This document shows positions 38,293-48,281 of a DNA stretch of 64,000 nucleotides, piece after piece (position 1 is the first letter of the stretch; every line of letters begins with the position of its first letter). Made by a program: the position numbers and the translations under genes. A model generated the notes under the pieces. The model made no database searches. It was not told where the DNA came from and saw only the letters and a program-made list of their open reading frames with translations. This DNA comes from Candidatus Dormiibacterota bacterium (GTDB lineage Bacteria; Chloroflexota; Dormibacteria; Aeolococcales; Aeolococcaceae). Location: positions 2,184,025 through 2,248,024 of the forward strand of contig OY970355.1 in the NCBI GenBank assembly GCA_963718525.1. Direction: 5' to 3'.

Positions 38293-40022
38293 GCCGCCGC
38301 CTCCCCGAGCTGCGACGCGACGATCTCCTGGTACTGGGAGCAGGAAGCCAGAAGCTCTTCGTGCGTGCCGAGGCCGACGATGCGCCCACCGTCGAGCACG
38401 ATGATCCGGTCGGCCTGGAGGATCGTGCTCACCCGCTGGGCCACAATCACCACGGTGTTCCCGCGAGTCCTGTCGACGAGTGCCGCCCGCAGCCGAGCGT
38501 CGGTGGTGGCATCCAGGGCTGAGAAGCAATCGTCGAACAGATAGATGAGCGGACGCTTCAGGAGCGCTCGCGCGATCGCCAGACGCTGACGCTGACCGCC
38601 GGACACGTTGGTCCCGCCTTGGTCGATGGGAGCATCGAGGCCACCGGGCATCGACCCGACGAACTCGCGCGCCTGCGCTACCTCGAGCGCGTCCCAGAGG
38701 TCGTCATCGGTTGCATCCTGGTTGGCAAAACGGAGGTTGGTGGCCACCGTTCCGCTGAACAGATAAGCCTGCTGGGGCACCAGCCCGATGTCGGCCCAGA
38801 GGCTCTCCAGTGTGCGGTCGCGGACGTCGACGCCATCCATGAACAGCGCGCCCGCACTCGCGTCGAAGAATCGTGGGATGAGATGCAACAGCGTCGTCTT
38901 TCCCGCGCCGGTGCCGCCGATGATGGCGGCGGTCTCACCTGGCTGTAACGTGAAGGACAGCCCGCGGAGCACCGGTTGCTCACTGCTGGGGTAGCCGAAG
39001 GTAACATCACGAAACTCGACGACCCCCGTCGGATGCACCGGCACGACTGGATGAGCCGGATCCGCGATCGCCGGCTGGAGGCGGATGACTTCTTCGATGC
39101 GCTCGGCGCTGGCTTCGGCGCGGGGGACCAGGATCACCATCATGACGGCCATCAACACCGACATCAGGATCTGGAGGATGTACGCGAGGAATGCTGTGAG
39201 ATTCCCGATCGGCATGCTCCCGCTGTCGACGAGGTGGCCGCCGAACCAGAGCACCGCAACGCTCGACAGGTTCATCACTCCCATGAGCGCCGGCATGGCG
39301 AGCACGAAGATCCTGTTGACGCGCAGCGTCGTCGCCGTGAGATCGGCGTTGGCGGTTGCAAACCGGTGTTCCTCGTAGTCCGAGCGTACGAACGCCCGAA
39401 TGACCCGAACGCCGGTGATCTGCTCGCGCAGCACCTGGTTGATGCGGTCGATCTTGACCTGCATCTTCTGGAACAGCGGGACCGCGACGTACAGCATTGC
39501 AAGGATCAACGCGGCCATGAGCGGGACGACCACGACCAGGAGCAACGACAGGCTCACATCCTCGCGAAGCGACATGATGACGCCGCCGATCATCATGATC
39601 GGCGCCCCGACGATGACGGTCAGGGCCATCTGCAGGAAGAGTTGGATCTGCTGGACGTCGTTGGTGTTGCGCGTAATCAACGACGGCGTTCCGAAGGTGT
39701 TCATCTCGCGCGATGACAGCTGTAGCACGCGAGCGAAGACCGAAGCACGAAGATCGCGGCCCACCCCCATCGACGTCCGCGACGCCCAGTACACAGCGAT
39801 GATCGCGATGATGCCCTGGATCACGGTCACGCCGAGCATCAGGCCGCCGGTGCGCCAGATGTAGGGGATATCCCCCTTTGAGACACCGTTGTTGATGATG
39901 TCGGCCGTGAGATTGGGCAGGTAGAGCCCCAGGACGGTCTGGAATGTGATCAGCACGACCACGCCCGAAACCTGCCGCCAGTACCGCTGCAGGTGGGAGC
40001 GCAAAAGGCGCATGAGAGTCAT
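38289..40022 (-). CDS. ABC transporter, fused permease/ATP-binding subunit (type-1 exporter, first of a pair)
   Basis: Walker A GGTGAGKTT, signature SGGQRQRLAIARA and Walker B IYLFDDCFSALD. Start taken at MTLMRLLRSHLQRY (ATG 40022). Confidence 0.9.
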   Translation of the reverse strand: MTLMRLLRSHLQRYWRQVSGVVVLITFQTVLGLYLPNLTADIINNGVSKGDIPYIWRTGGLMLGVTVIQGIIAIIAVYWASRTSMGVGRDLRASVFARVLQLSSREMNTFGTPSLITRNTNDVQQIQLFLQMALTVIVGAPIMMIGGVIMSLREDVSLSLLLVVVVPLMAALILAMLYVAVPLFQKMQVKIDRINQVLREQITGVRVIRAFVRSDYEEHRFATANADLTATTLRVNRIFVLAMPALMGVMNLSSVAVLWFGGHLVDSGSMPIGNLTAFLAYILQILMSVLMAVMMVILVPRAEASAERIEEVIRLQPAIADPAHPVVPVHPTGVVEFRDVTFGYPSSEQPVLRGLSFTLQPGETAAIIGGTGAGKTTLLHLIPRFFDASAGALFMDGVDVRDRTLESLWADIGLVPQQAYLFSGTVATNLRFANQDATDDDLWDALEVAQAREFVGSMPGGLDAPIDQGGTNVSGGQRQRLAIARALLKRPLIYLFDDCFSALDATTDARLRAALVDRTRGNTVVIVAQRVSTILQADRIIVLDGGRIVGLGTHEELLASCSQYQEIVASQLGEAAA

Positions 40023-40245
40023 CGTCGCGGCAAGTGGCGCTCGGACGCATTCGAGGTTAGTCTTCGCCGATCTTGATCGATGTGCACTGCCTTCATCCCG
40101 TTGACAGACCCAGTGAGGGCATTCGGCTACAGTGTCGAGCCTGAGGCGCAAGGAGCCCAGGGGCAATCGGCCCCAATCCCGCTGGGCCAAACGTCCTGGT
40201 GCAAACGTCCGCGACACCAACGACTGGTCTTGAGAGGAGACCGAA

Positions 40246-40662
40246 ATGGAGAGACAACCCCAGACGAGAGTTCATGAGCTCAGCAGAGAAGAGTCGATGG
40301 AGCTCCTGCAACTCCATTCCTTCGTCGGGAGGATAGGCTTTGTCGTGGAGGGGCTGCCCTTGATCCTCCCGGTCAACTACCTCGCCGACGACGAGTTCAT
40401 CGTGTTCTGCACCGAGCCAGGCACGAAGCTGAGCACCATCGGCGGCGGCGCGCGCGTGGTGTTCGAGGTAGACGACAGCCGACCTCTCTACCACGCCGGC
40501 TGGAGTGTCGTGGTCAAAGGGACAGCTCGTGAGATCACCGACGTGAGCGAGTTGGACGAGCTGCGTCGTGGGCCGCTGCATTCGTGGGCAACACGCTCCA
40601 CCGAACATTGGGTCCGAATCTCGATGGATGAGGTGACAGGCCGTCGGATCCCAGAGGTCTAA
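40246..40662 (+). CDS. Pyridoxamine 5'-phosphate oxidase-family (PPOX/FMN-binding split-barrel) protein
   Basis: LSREESMELLQLHSFVGRIGFVVEGLPLILPVNY...GWSVVVKGTA is a typical Pyridox_ox_2 pattern. Confidence 0.7.
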   Translation: MERQPQTRVHELSREESMELLQLHSFVGRIGFVVEGLPLILPVNYLADDEFIVFCTEPGTKLSTIGGGARVVFEVDDSRPLYHAGWSVVVKGTAREITDVSELDELRRGPLHSWATRSTEHWVRISMDEVTGRRIPEV

Positions 40663-40819
40663 CAGTCGGGGTCGCGCTCTCTGCCTCGTTCCGGTCGAAC
40701 CAGCGCAAGCAGCATGACGTACGCCGCACAAGGCTCACGAGCCGGTCGCTTCGGCCCGGCTGATTCAGGTCAATTGGCCCTGTTGGGCTCGACATGAATC
40801 GTCCACCCTGGGTGCAGCC

Positions 40820-41257
40820 ATGGCCAACGTGCTCCGGCGGTTCCGAAGGTTGTCTCCTCCGGGCGCAGCCATGGGAGGAGTTGCGCCTCCGACTGACCCG
40901 GAAGTAGCGCGCATCTCTGAGCTCGCGCCCGTATTCGTCGCCTTGGATGCCGTGCAGAATGAGGTCGACGCAATCGTAGAAGCTGCACGCGTCGAGGCAG
41001 ATCGGATCCGGTCGCAGGTTGCTGCCGACGCTGAAGCGGTCATTGCGCGCGCGACAGAGCGGGCCATCGCTGTTAAGACGCAGGAGTCGCAGCGCCGGCT
41101 CGAACGATCTGCGACCGAGCGTGAGACACGGATCGCCGCAGGGGAGGCGCAAGCAGCTACGGTGCGGACGAACGCCGACGCAAGAGCAGCTGCCGTTGCA
41201 GATGCGGTCGTCCTGCACCTTGCCTCCTTGGCTGTGGCGGGTGGGGTCGATCGATGA
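40820..41257 (+). CDS. V/A-type ATPase peripheral-stalk subunit (G/H-like), assigned by context
   Basis: Ala/Arg/Glu-rich coiled-coil protein of 145 aa. It is the first gene of the V-ATPase operon and overlaps the next gene (ATGA). Confidence 0.5.
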   Translation: MANVLRRFRRLSPPGAAMGGVAPPTDPEVARISELAPVFVALDAVQNEVDAIVEAARVEADRIRSQVAADAEAVIARATERAIAVKTQESQRRLERSATERETRIAAGEAQAATVRTNADARAAAVADAVVLHLASLAVAGGVDR

Positions 41258-42105
41258 GCGCCGGGTGGATCGCCGGGGATGTGCGAGCGCGTGGTCTGGC
41301 GAGTGAGCCCTCGGATGTCGCGGCGAGTGTCGCGTCCGCGACGAATCTCAGCGGCGGCGTCGCGGTGCTCGGTCATGCGAGGTGGATACGCGACATCGAA
41401 ACAGCCACGACGGTCGCGGCCAGTCAGCGTGCGGTGTTCGAGACGCTCCTCTGGCGGCTTCGAGTCACCGCCGGGTGGCTGCCGTCAGAAGGTGTTGAGA
41501 TGGTCCGGAGCTGCGTCGTCTGGTTTGAAATCAGGAATATCGAGGACCGGCTCGCCTACTTCGCGGGCGCGCTGGCTGAAGTGCCATACGAACTCGGCCG
41601 TCTCGGAATCATCTCGAGGGCACTCGGCCTGACCAGCAGCGGAGAGGACATCCGGCGGCTGATGGCCGCCTCAGCGTGGGGCGATCCGGGTGGTGCGGAT
41701 GCGTACCGGATCAGGATCTGGCTCCGCCGCATGTGGCACAAGCGGGCCCGCGACGCGTCTCCCCAGCTCCGGGTCTGGTCGGATGCGGCCGCATGGCTGT
41801 TGGCCGTGCGCGAGAGAACGGCAGCGCGGTCGGGTGCCGATCTCCTGGCTCGCACGCCTCCGTCGCTCCCGTCGTCCTGGAAGTGGGCGTCAGTCGACTG
41901 GGCCGGGCCAGATCTTTGGCGCGCTGAGGAACGCTGGTGGATCCAGGTACGGAAGGACGGCCTGCGGCTGCTGCACGCGCCGATCGGAACACCGGGTCCT
42001 GCGCTGGGGGCCATCACCACCCTCGCTTCGTCAGCGCGTCGAATAGCGACGGCGCTGGAGATCGCCGCGGGCGTGGGGGGCGGAGGCATCGATGCCGCCG
42101 ACTAA
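41254..42105 (+). CDS. V/A-type ATPase subunit C (d-type), assigned mainly by position
   Basis: 283 aa between the stalk gene and subunit I, with an N-terminal W..G.VRARGL motif similar to AC39-family proteins. Confidence 0.55.
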   Translation: MSAGWIAGDVRARGLASEPSDVAASVASATNLSGGVAVLGHARWIRDIETATTVAASQRAVFETLLWRLRVTAGWLPSEGVEMVRSCVVWFEIRNIEDRLAYFAGALAEVPYELGRLGIISRALGLTSSGEDIRRLMAASAWGDPGGADAYRIRIWLRRMWHKRARDASPQLRVWSDAAAWLLAVRERTAARSGADLLARTPPSLPSSWKWASVDWAGPDLWRAEERWWIQVRKDGLRLLHAPIGTPGPALGAITTLASSARRIATALEIAAGVGGGGIDAAD

Positions 42106-43471
42106 CGCCGCCGGGGCGGTTCGCATGTCTCGGGCCGCCGTTCTCATTGCCGAGAACCAAGTGCGAGCCGGGCTCGTCGAAGTGGCCGCTGCCGGATGCG
42201 TGGATTTCGACGAGGTAGGCACAACGCCGGAGGACGAGATCAGCGAGGCGCTCAGGAGATTGGCGCCCGGCGCGACAACAGCGCCCTCGGTGGTGACGAG
42301 GATCGCCGTCGACCCTTCGAAACTGGAGCGTGAGGGCCGGCGTGATCTGCTCACCGGCGAGCAACAACTCCATCGCCTGGCTGCCGGTGGCCTCCATCGT
42401 GATGGGGTAGCCGCCTGGCTGGGGTGGCTGCCCGAGAACGAACGCGCTGGCCTGTCCCGTCGTCTTGAGCCGATTGGTGGCGCAGTGGTTGCACTCCCTC
42501 GGCCGCCCTGGCGTGAGCCACCGACGCAACTGGCGGACAACCTGGGGAGAGCTCGATTTCATGTACTCGTCGACAGCTTTGGCGTGGTGCCGTACGCGGA
42601 CATCGATCCGACCCTGTTTGCTGCGGCAACGTACATCGTCATGTTCGGGATGATGTTCGCCGACGCCGGTCACGGCGCGATCGTCGCCATCCTTGGAATC
42701 ATCGCGGGGCTGCAGCGGCGCTGGCCCGCCTTGCGATCGGCGTGGCCGCTCATCACCGCGTGTGGTGTGTCCGCGTGCGTGTTCGGTGTCCTCTTCGGGG
42801 AGTTCTTCGGCCCGACCGGGGTCGTGGCGCCACTGTGGATCCGTCCTCTCGACGATCCAGAGTTGTTGCTCCTCGCAGCGGTGCTGTTTGGCGCGGTGCT
42901 GATGAGTGGGAGTTACGCCATGGGGACCATCAACCGATACCGCGAAGGAGGCTGGGGTCGCGCGCTCGTCGCCGCGTCGGGCATCGCGGGGTTCTCTGTG
43001 TTCGCCGCCTTCGGTGTTCTCGCTGCGGGCATCGTCTCGCACCAGATCGTTCTCATCGTTGCGGCCGTCGTGGTCGGGGCGTTCGGCCTCGGCCTGCTGA
43101 CGCTCGGCCTTCGGCGCGACGCTGCTTCGGGAGGAGGCGCTGCAGCGGAGATGGCGGTCGGCATCTTCGACACGGTGATTCGGGTCGGTACCAACCTCGT
43201 CTCATTCGCACGGCTCGCCGCGTTCGGGCTGGTGCACGCCGCGATCGAGGGACTTGTGTGGTCGGCGACGTCGTCGCTCGTCGGACGGGGATGGCTGACC
43301 CTCATCGGGATCATCGCGTTCGTCGTCGGCAACGCGATCGCCTTCGGACTCGAAGGCTTGGTTGTCGGCATCCAGGCACTTCGACTCGAGTATTACGAGC
43401 TGTTCTCTCGCTTGTTCGTTGGTGAGGGACGCAGGTTCCACCCCTGGCACCTCAATATCGTGGAGGCTTGA
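42092..43471 (+). CDS. V/A-type ATPase subunit I (a-type membrane subunit), short form
   Basis: VPYADIDPTLFAAATYIVMFGMMFADAGHG, multiple TM helices, and a C-terminal ALRLEYYELFSRLFVGEGRRFHPW. Confidence 0.8.
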   Translation: MPPTNAAGAVRMSRAAVLIAENQVRAGLVEVAAAGCVDFDEVGTTPEDEISEALRRLAPGATTAPSVVTRIAVDPSKLEREGRRDLLTGEQQLHRLAAGGLHRDGVAAWLGWLPENERAGLSRRLEPIGGAVVALPRPPWREPPTQLADNLGRARFHVLVDSFGVVPYADIDPTLFAAATYIVMFGMMFADAGHGAIVAILGIIAGLQRRWPALRSAWPLITACGVSACVFGVLFGEFFGPTGVVAPLWIRPLDDPELLLLAAVLFGAVLMSGSYAMGTINRYREGGWGRALVAASGIAGFSVFAAFGVLAAGIVSHQIVLIVAAVVVGAFGLGLLTLGLRRDAASGGGAAAEMAVGIFDTVIRVGTNLVSFARLAAFGLVHAAIEGLVWSATSSLVGRGWLTLIGIIAFVVGNAIAFGLEGLVVGIQALRLEYYELFSRLFVGEGRRFHPWHLNIVEA

Positions 43472-44114
<643 letters not shown>

Positions 44115-44118
<4 letters not shown>

Positions 44119-44648
44119 ATCAGCTCGAACCGCTGCGTCAGAGCCTGCTCAACGCGGCTTCGGCCCGCGCCGCCGCGACGATCGCGCAGGCGCGCGCAGA
44201 CGCGACGGTGACACAGGCGGCTGCGAAGGCGAGAGCGGCAAAGATCATCGCCGCGGCGCGTGCGGAAGGCAGGCGCGCGACCGAGGCGAGAGCGCAGACG
44301 CAACGCGTCGAGGCCGAGCGCGCGGCGCGGGCGCTTATCCTCACTGCCGAACGAGGAGTCGAAGACAAAGCGCGGACTCGGGCACTGGCTGCGGCGATGA
44401 CCTTTCGCCACCAGCCCGAATACATCAAGCTCCTCGACACCCTGGAGGCGAGCGCACGCCGCCGCCTCGGACCCGCCGCGGAGATCGAGCGCGATCCGCC
44501 CGACGCCGGGGGAGTGCGCGCCCGGCTGGGGCGCCGAAGCATCGACCTCACCCTGGTGTCGCTGGTCGATCAAACGCTCAGGAGTGTTCGCGATGACGCC
44601 GCGGACCCGGCCGTGATCGGCTCCGGCACCTCGGAGCTCGCGAAATGA
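44115..44648 (+). CDS. V/A-type ATPase subunit E
   Basis: N-terminal Ala/Arg coiled coil, then a globular C-terminus (HQPEYIKLLDTLEASARRRLG...IDLTLVSLVDQTL). GTG 44115 overlaps the subunit F stop. Confidence 0.65.
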
Positions 44649-46384
44649 GCAGTGCACCTGCGGATCTTCGGATGGGGAAGGTCCGACGCGTCAACGGCCC
44701 AGTGGTCGATGTCGTTGGGCTCCCCGGCGTGGCCATGTTCGACGTCGTCGCCATCGGCGATGCGGGACTCGCCGGAGAGATCGTCAGCATCGATGGAGAC
44801 GTTGCGACCGCCCAGGTGTACGAGTATGACGGCGGCGTCTCACCGGGAGACCCCGTCAGGAGCCGCGGCGAAGCACTCTCCGTCACCCTCGGACCCGGGT
44901 TGCTCGGGCGCGTCTTCGACGGAATCCTCCGGCCGCTCGACGAGAAGGACGTCTGGCTCACGTCCGGGCGGGCCGACGACACGTCCGCCGGCATGGCCTG
45001 GCACTTCACCCCCGACGCCACCGTGGGCGAGGAGGTAGCACCGGGCGCGCTGCTCGGACGGGTCACGGAAGGTGAGTTTTTCGAGCACCGCATCCTCGTC
45101 CCGCCGGAGGTCGAGGGTGTCCTGTCCTGGCTATCGCCCGAAGGCGACACCAGCGCTGACCAACCCATCGCGCGCGTCGGTGCAGTCGATGTGTCGCTCT
45201 CGCACCGGTGGCCCGTCCGGCGCCCACGCCCCGCAGTCGCGCGCGACGGCGAGCCACGGTTACTCCGGACCGGTCAGCGCGTCCTCGACCTTCTCTACCC
45301 CATCCTCCGCGGCAGCAGCGCATCAGTGCCGGGCGGCTTCGGCACCGGCAAGACACTCTTGCAACAGCAGATCGCCAAGTGGTGCGATGCCGAAGTGATC
45401 GTCTATGTCGGCTGCGGCGAGCGCGGCAACGAGATGATCGACGTCCTCGAGGATCTTGCCCGCCTCAGGGATCCGCGCACCGGTGGAGCCCTGCGCGAGC
45501 GGACGGTCTGTATCGCCAATACGTCGAACATGCCGGTCATGGCGCGCGAAGCCAGTATCTACACGGGCGTCGCGGTTGCGGAGTACTTCCGCGACATGGG
45601 GTACGACGTCGTCGTTATCGCCAACTCGACGTCTCGCTGGGCGGAGGCGCTCCGCGAGTTCGCGTCGCGGACGAATCAGCTTCCGGCGGAGGAGGGGTAC
45701 CCCGCGACGCTCGGATCGGCACTTGCGGCGTTCTACGAGCGCGCGGGGAACTTCACGACTCTCGGCGGCACCCGCGGTTCGGTGACCATCATCGGGGCAG
45801 TCTCACCTCCGGGCGGGGATCTCACTGAGCCGGTGACCGCCCAGACGCGGCGATTTGTCCGGTGCGTCTGGTCGCTCGACCGTGACCTCGCATACGCGCG
45901 TCACTATCCTGCGGTCAGCTGGAACGAGAGCTTTTCACGCGATGCGGAACGCGTCGGTGTGATGCGATCCGAGAGTGGCGACACGGCGTGGGCGGAGCGC
46001 CGTGCTTTGGCCCTAGCGCTGCTCGCCGAATCGGAGCGACTCGAGTCACTTGTGGAACTTGTGGGAGCATCGGCGCTGCCGAATCGTCAGCGGATCACGC
46101 TTCGTTCCGCGAAGCTACTGCGCGAGGCCGTGCTTCAACAGGACGCGACGAGTACCGACGATGCGTACTGCGGCGAGGCAAAGCAGGAAGCGCTGCTCGA
46201 GATGGTTCTCGCCATTAACAGCGCGTTGATCGAACGTCTCGAGGCCGGCGTCGATGCCCAGCGCCTCGAACAAGTCGACCTTGCCCGGGTCTCGTCCGCA
46301 CGGGAGAGCGGTGGGCCCGATGACGTGGCCGCGGTCACCGCGGTGCGGGCCTCTGTTCTTGCACTGCTGAAGACGGTCACATGA
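44645..46384 (+). CDS. V/A-type ATPase catalytic subunit A
   Basis: GKVRRVNGPVVDVVG..., Walker A PGGFGTGKT, and ...SRWAEALREF...EEGYPA... with the V/A-specific insert. Confidence 0.95.
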   Translation: MSSAPADLRMGKVRRVNGPVVDVVGLPGVAMFDVVAIGDAGLAGEIVSIDGDVATAQVYEYDGGVSPGDPVRSRGEALSVTLGPGLLGRVFDGILRPLDEKDVWLTSGRADDTSAGMAWHFTPDATVGEEVAPGALLGRVTEGEFFEHRILVPPEVEGVLSWLSPEGDTSADQPIARVGAVDVSLSHRWPVRRPRPAVARDGEPRLLRTGQRVLDLLYPILRGSSASVPGGFGTGKTLLQQQIAKWCDAEVIVYVGCGERGNEMIDVLEDLARLRDPRTGGALRERTVCIANTSNMPVMAREASIYTGVAVAEYFRDMGYDVVVIANSTSRWAEALREFASRTNQLPAEEGYPATLGSALAAFYERAGNFTTLGGTRGSVTIIGAVSPPGGDLTEPVTAQTRRFVRCVWSLDRDLAYARHYPAVSWNESFSRDAERVGVMRSESGDTAWAERRALALALLAESERLESLVELVGASALPNRQRITLRSAKLLREAVLQQDATSTDDAYCGEAKQEALLEMVLAINSALIERLEAGVDAQRLEQVDLARVSSARESGGPDDVAAVTAVRASVLALLKTVT

Positions 46385-47787
46385 TCGACGCGATTCCGAT
46401 CGAATACACGGGAGCCCGCAGCGCTGACGGCCCACTGCTGGTGATCGAGCACGTCACCGGAGTGGGCTGGGACGAGGATGCGGTCATCACCCTTGCGTCG
46501 GGCGAACGGCGACATGGAGTCGTGCTGGACGTCAACGACGATCTGGCGGTTGTGCAGGTGTTCGAGGGAACGTCGGGGATCAGCCTTTCGGGGACTCGAG
46601 TGGCCTTCAGCGGCAGCCCGATACGAGTGCCCGTAGGCGCCCAGTGGCTTGGGCGGGTCTGCAACGGTCGAGGGGACCCCATCGACGGAGGTCCGCCCGT
46701 GCGCGGAGACCGCCTCGTCGCCGTCAACGGCGTGCCGATCAACCCGGCGGCTCGGGAGTTGCCGCGGGATCCCATCGTCACCGGTATCTCGGCCATCGAT
46801 GGACTGACCACCCTCGTGCGCGGCCAGAAGTTGCCCATCTTCTCGGTGGGTGGCCTGCCCCACCTCGAGCTTGCCGCGCAGATTGCCGCGCAAGCGCGGG
46901 TGGCGGACGGAGCGTTCCAGATCGTCTTTGCGGCCATGGGCGTCACGCACGCCGATGCTGATGCGACGCGTGACGCGCTCGAGGAGCGATCCGAGTCGGG
47001 CGACCTGGTCCTGTTCCTCAACACGGCATCGGATCCGGTCATCGAACGCGTGCTGACGCCTCGCATCGCGCTCACGGTTGCCGAGCACCTCGCCTTCGAA
47101 CGCGGCGGCCACGTCCTCGTCCTCATGTGCGACATGACGAGCTATGCAGAAGCGGTGCGTGAGGTGGCGGCAGCTCGTGGTGAAGTCCCGGGGCGCCAGG
47201 GCTACCCGGGATACCTCTTCAGCGATCTGGCATCCATCTACGAACGCTGCGGCAGGCTGCGCATCAGCTCGGGCTCCCTGACCCAGATTCCTGTTCTCAC
47301 CATGCCGGCGGGCGACATCACCCACCCTGTCCCGGATCTAACGGGCTACATCACCGAAGGTCAGATCGTGCTGTCCCAGGAGATGCAGAGTCGCAACGTC
47401 TACCCGCCATTCGACGCGCTCTCCTCACTGTCGCGTCTGATGCGGCATGGGGTGGGGCCAGGACAGACCCGCAAGGATCACATGGCGGTCGCGGGGCAGG
47501 TGTACGCCGCGCTGGGTCACGCCCGGCAGGTTCGTGAGCTGACGGACCTCGTGGGCGAGACGGGCCTGTCGGAGGGTGACCGCGCCTATCTCCGTTTTGC
47601 GGACGCGCTCGAGGCGGGGTTCATCAATCAAGGGCGCACTGAGCATCGCGCCATAGACGACACCCTCGAGCATGCCTGGACCGCGCTGACGATGCTGCCG
47701 GCGGGTGACCTGTCGCGGCTCGACCCCGTCGAGCGCGCGCGTCACATGGCGTTGAGCGACCGCGGTCGCTCCCGGGAGTCCACATGA
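46381..47787 (+). CDS. V/A-type ATPase subunit B
   Basis: GPLLVIEHV...PVNGVPINP...ITGISAIDGLTTLVRGQKLPIFS...DMTSYAEAVREV...GYPGYLFSDLASIYER. Confidence 0.95.
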   Translation: MIDAIPIEYTGARSADGPLLVIEHVTGVGWDEDAVITLASGERRHGVVLDVNDDLAVVQVFEGTSGISLSGTRVAFSGSPIRVPVGAQWLGRVCNGRGDPIDGGPPVRGDRLVAVNGVPINPAARELPRDPIVTGISAIDGLTTLVRGQKLPIFSVGGLPHLELAAQIAAQARVADGAFQIVFAAMGVTHADADATRDALEERSESGDLVLFLNTASDPVIERVLTPRIALTVAEHLAFERGGHVLVLMCDMTSYAEAVREVAAARGEVPGRQGYPGYLFSDLASIYERCGRLRISSGSLTQIPVLTMPAGDITHPVPDLTGYITEGQIVLSQEMQSRNVYPPFDALSSLSRLMRHGVGPGQTRKDHMAVAGQVYAALGHARQVRELTDLVGETGLSEGDRAYLRFADALEAGFINQGRTEHRAIDDTLEHAWTALTMLPAGDLSRLDPVERARHMALSDRGRSREST

Positions 47788-48281
47788 TCCGCGTCCCGCC
47801 CGGGCGATCAGGGCAGGTGTGGCTGCGGCGTCGCCTCGAAACCGCCAAGCGGGGGATCGACATCCTCGGTCGCAAACAGAGCCTTCTCGCCGTCGAGCGC
47901 GAGGGCCGCGATCTCCACGCAACGTCGGCACGAACCGCGTGGATCGATGCCTGCGCCGAGGCCCAACGGTGGTGTTCGCGGGCGTTGCGGCTCGGACATG
48001 AACACCAGATCGCCGTGGTGGCCGCTCATCTGGATGCGTCCGCGACTATTACTGTCGAGTGGCACAACGTGATGGCGGTATCCATCCCCGAGAACGCTCA
48101 TTGTGCGTTTTCGGATCTCACGCTTGCGAGTGCGAGTGGCGGTTCCAGCGCCACCGACCGAGCCGTGGAGGCGCTTGCGTGTGCCCTTGAGAAAGCTGCT
48201 GCTCATGCCGCCATCCAGCGTGCGCTGGCCAATATCGACGCTGAGCTGCTGCAAACGCGCCGGCGTCTCCGGCTCCGGTGA
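47784..48281 (+). CDS. V/A-type ATPase subunit D, C-terminally truncated
   Basis: MIRVPPGRSGQVWLRRRLETAKRGIDILGRKQ... is a typical subunit D N-terminus. It ends ...AELLQTRRRLRLR*, inside the conserved TxRRVNALE region and about 50 aa short of typical length. Confidence 0.75.
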   Translation: MIRVPPGRSGQVWLRRRLETAKRGIDILGRKQSLLAVEREGRDLHATSARTAWIDACAEAQRWCSRALRLGHEHQIAVVAAHLDASATITVEWHNVMAVSIPENAHCAFSDLTLASASGGSSATDRAVEALACALEKAAAHAAIQRALANIDAELLQTRRRLRLR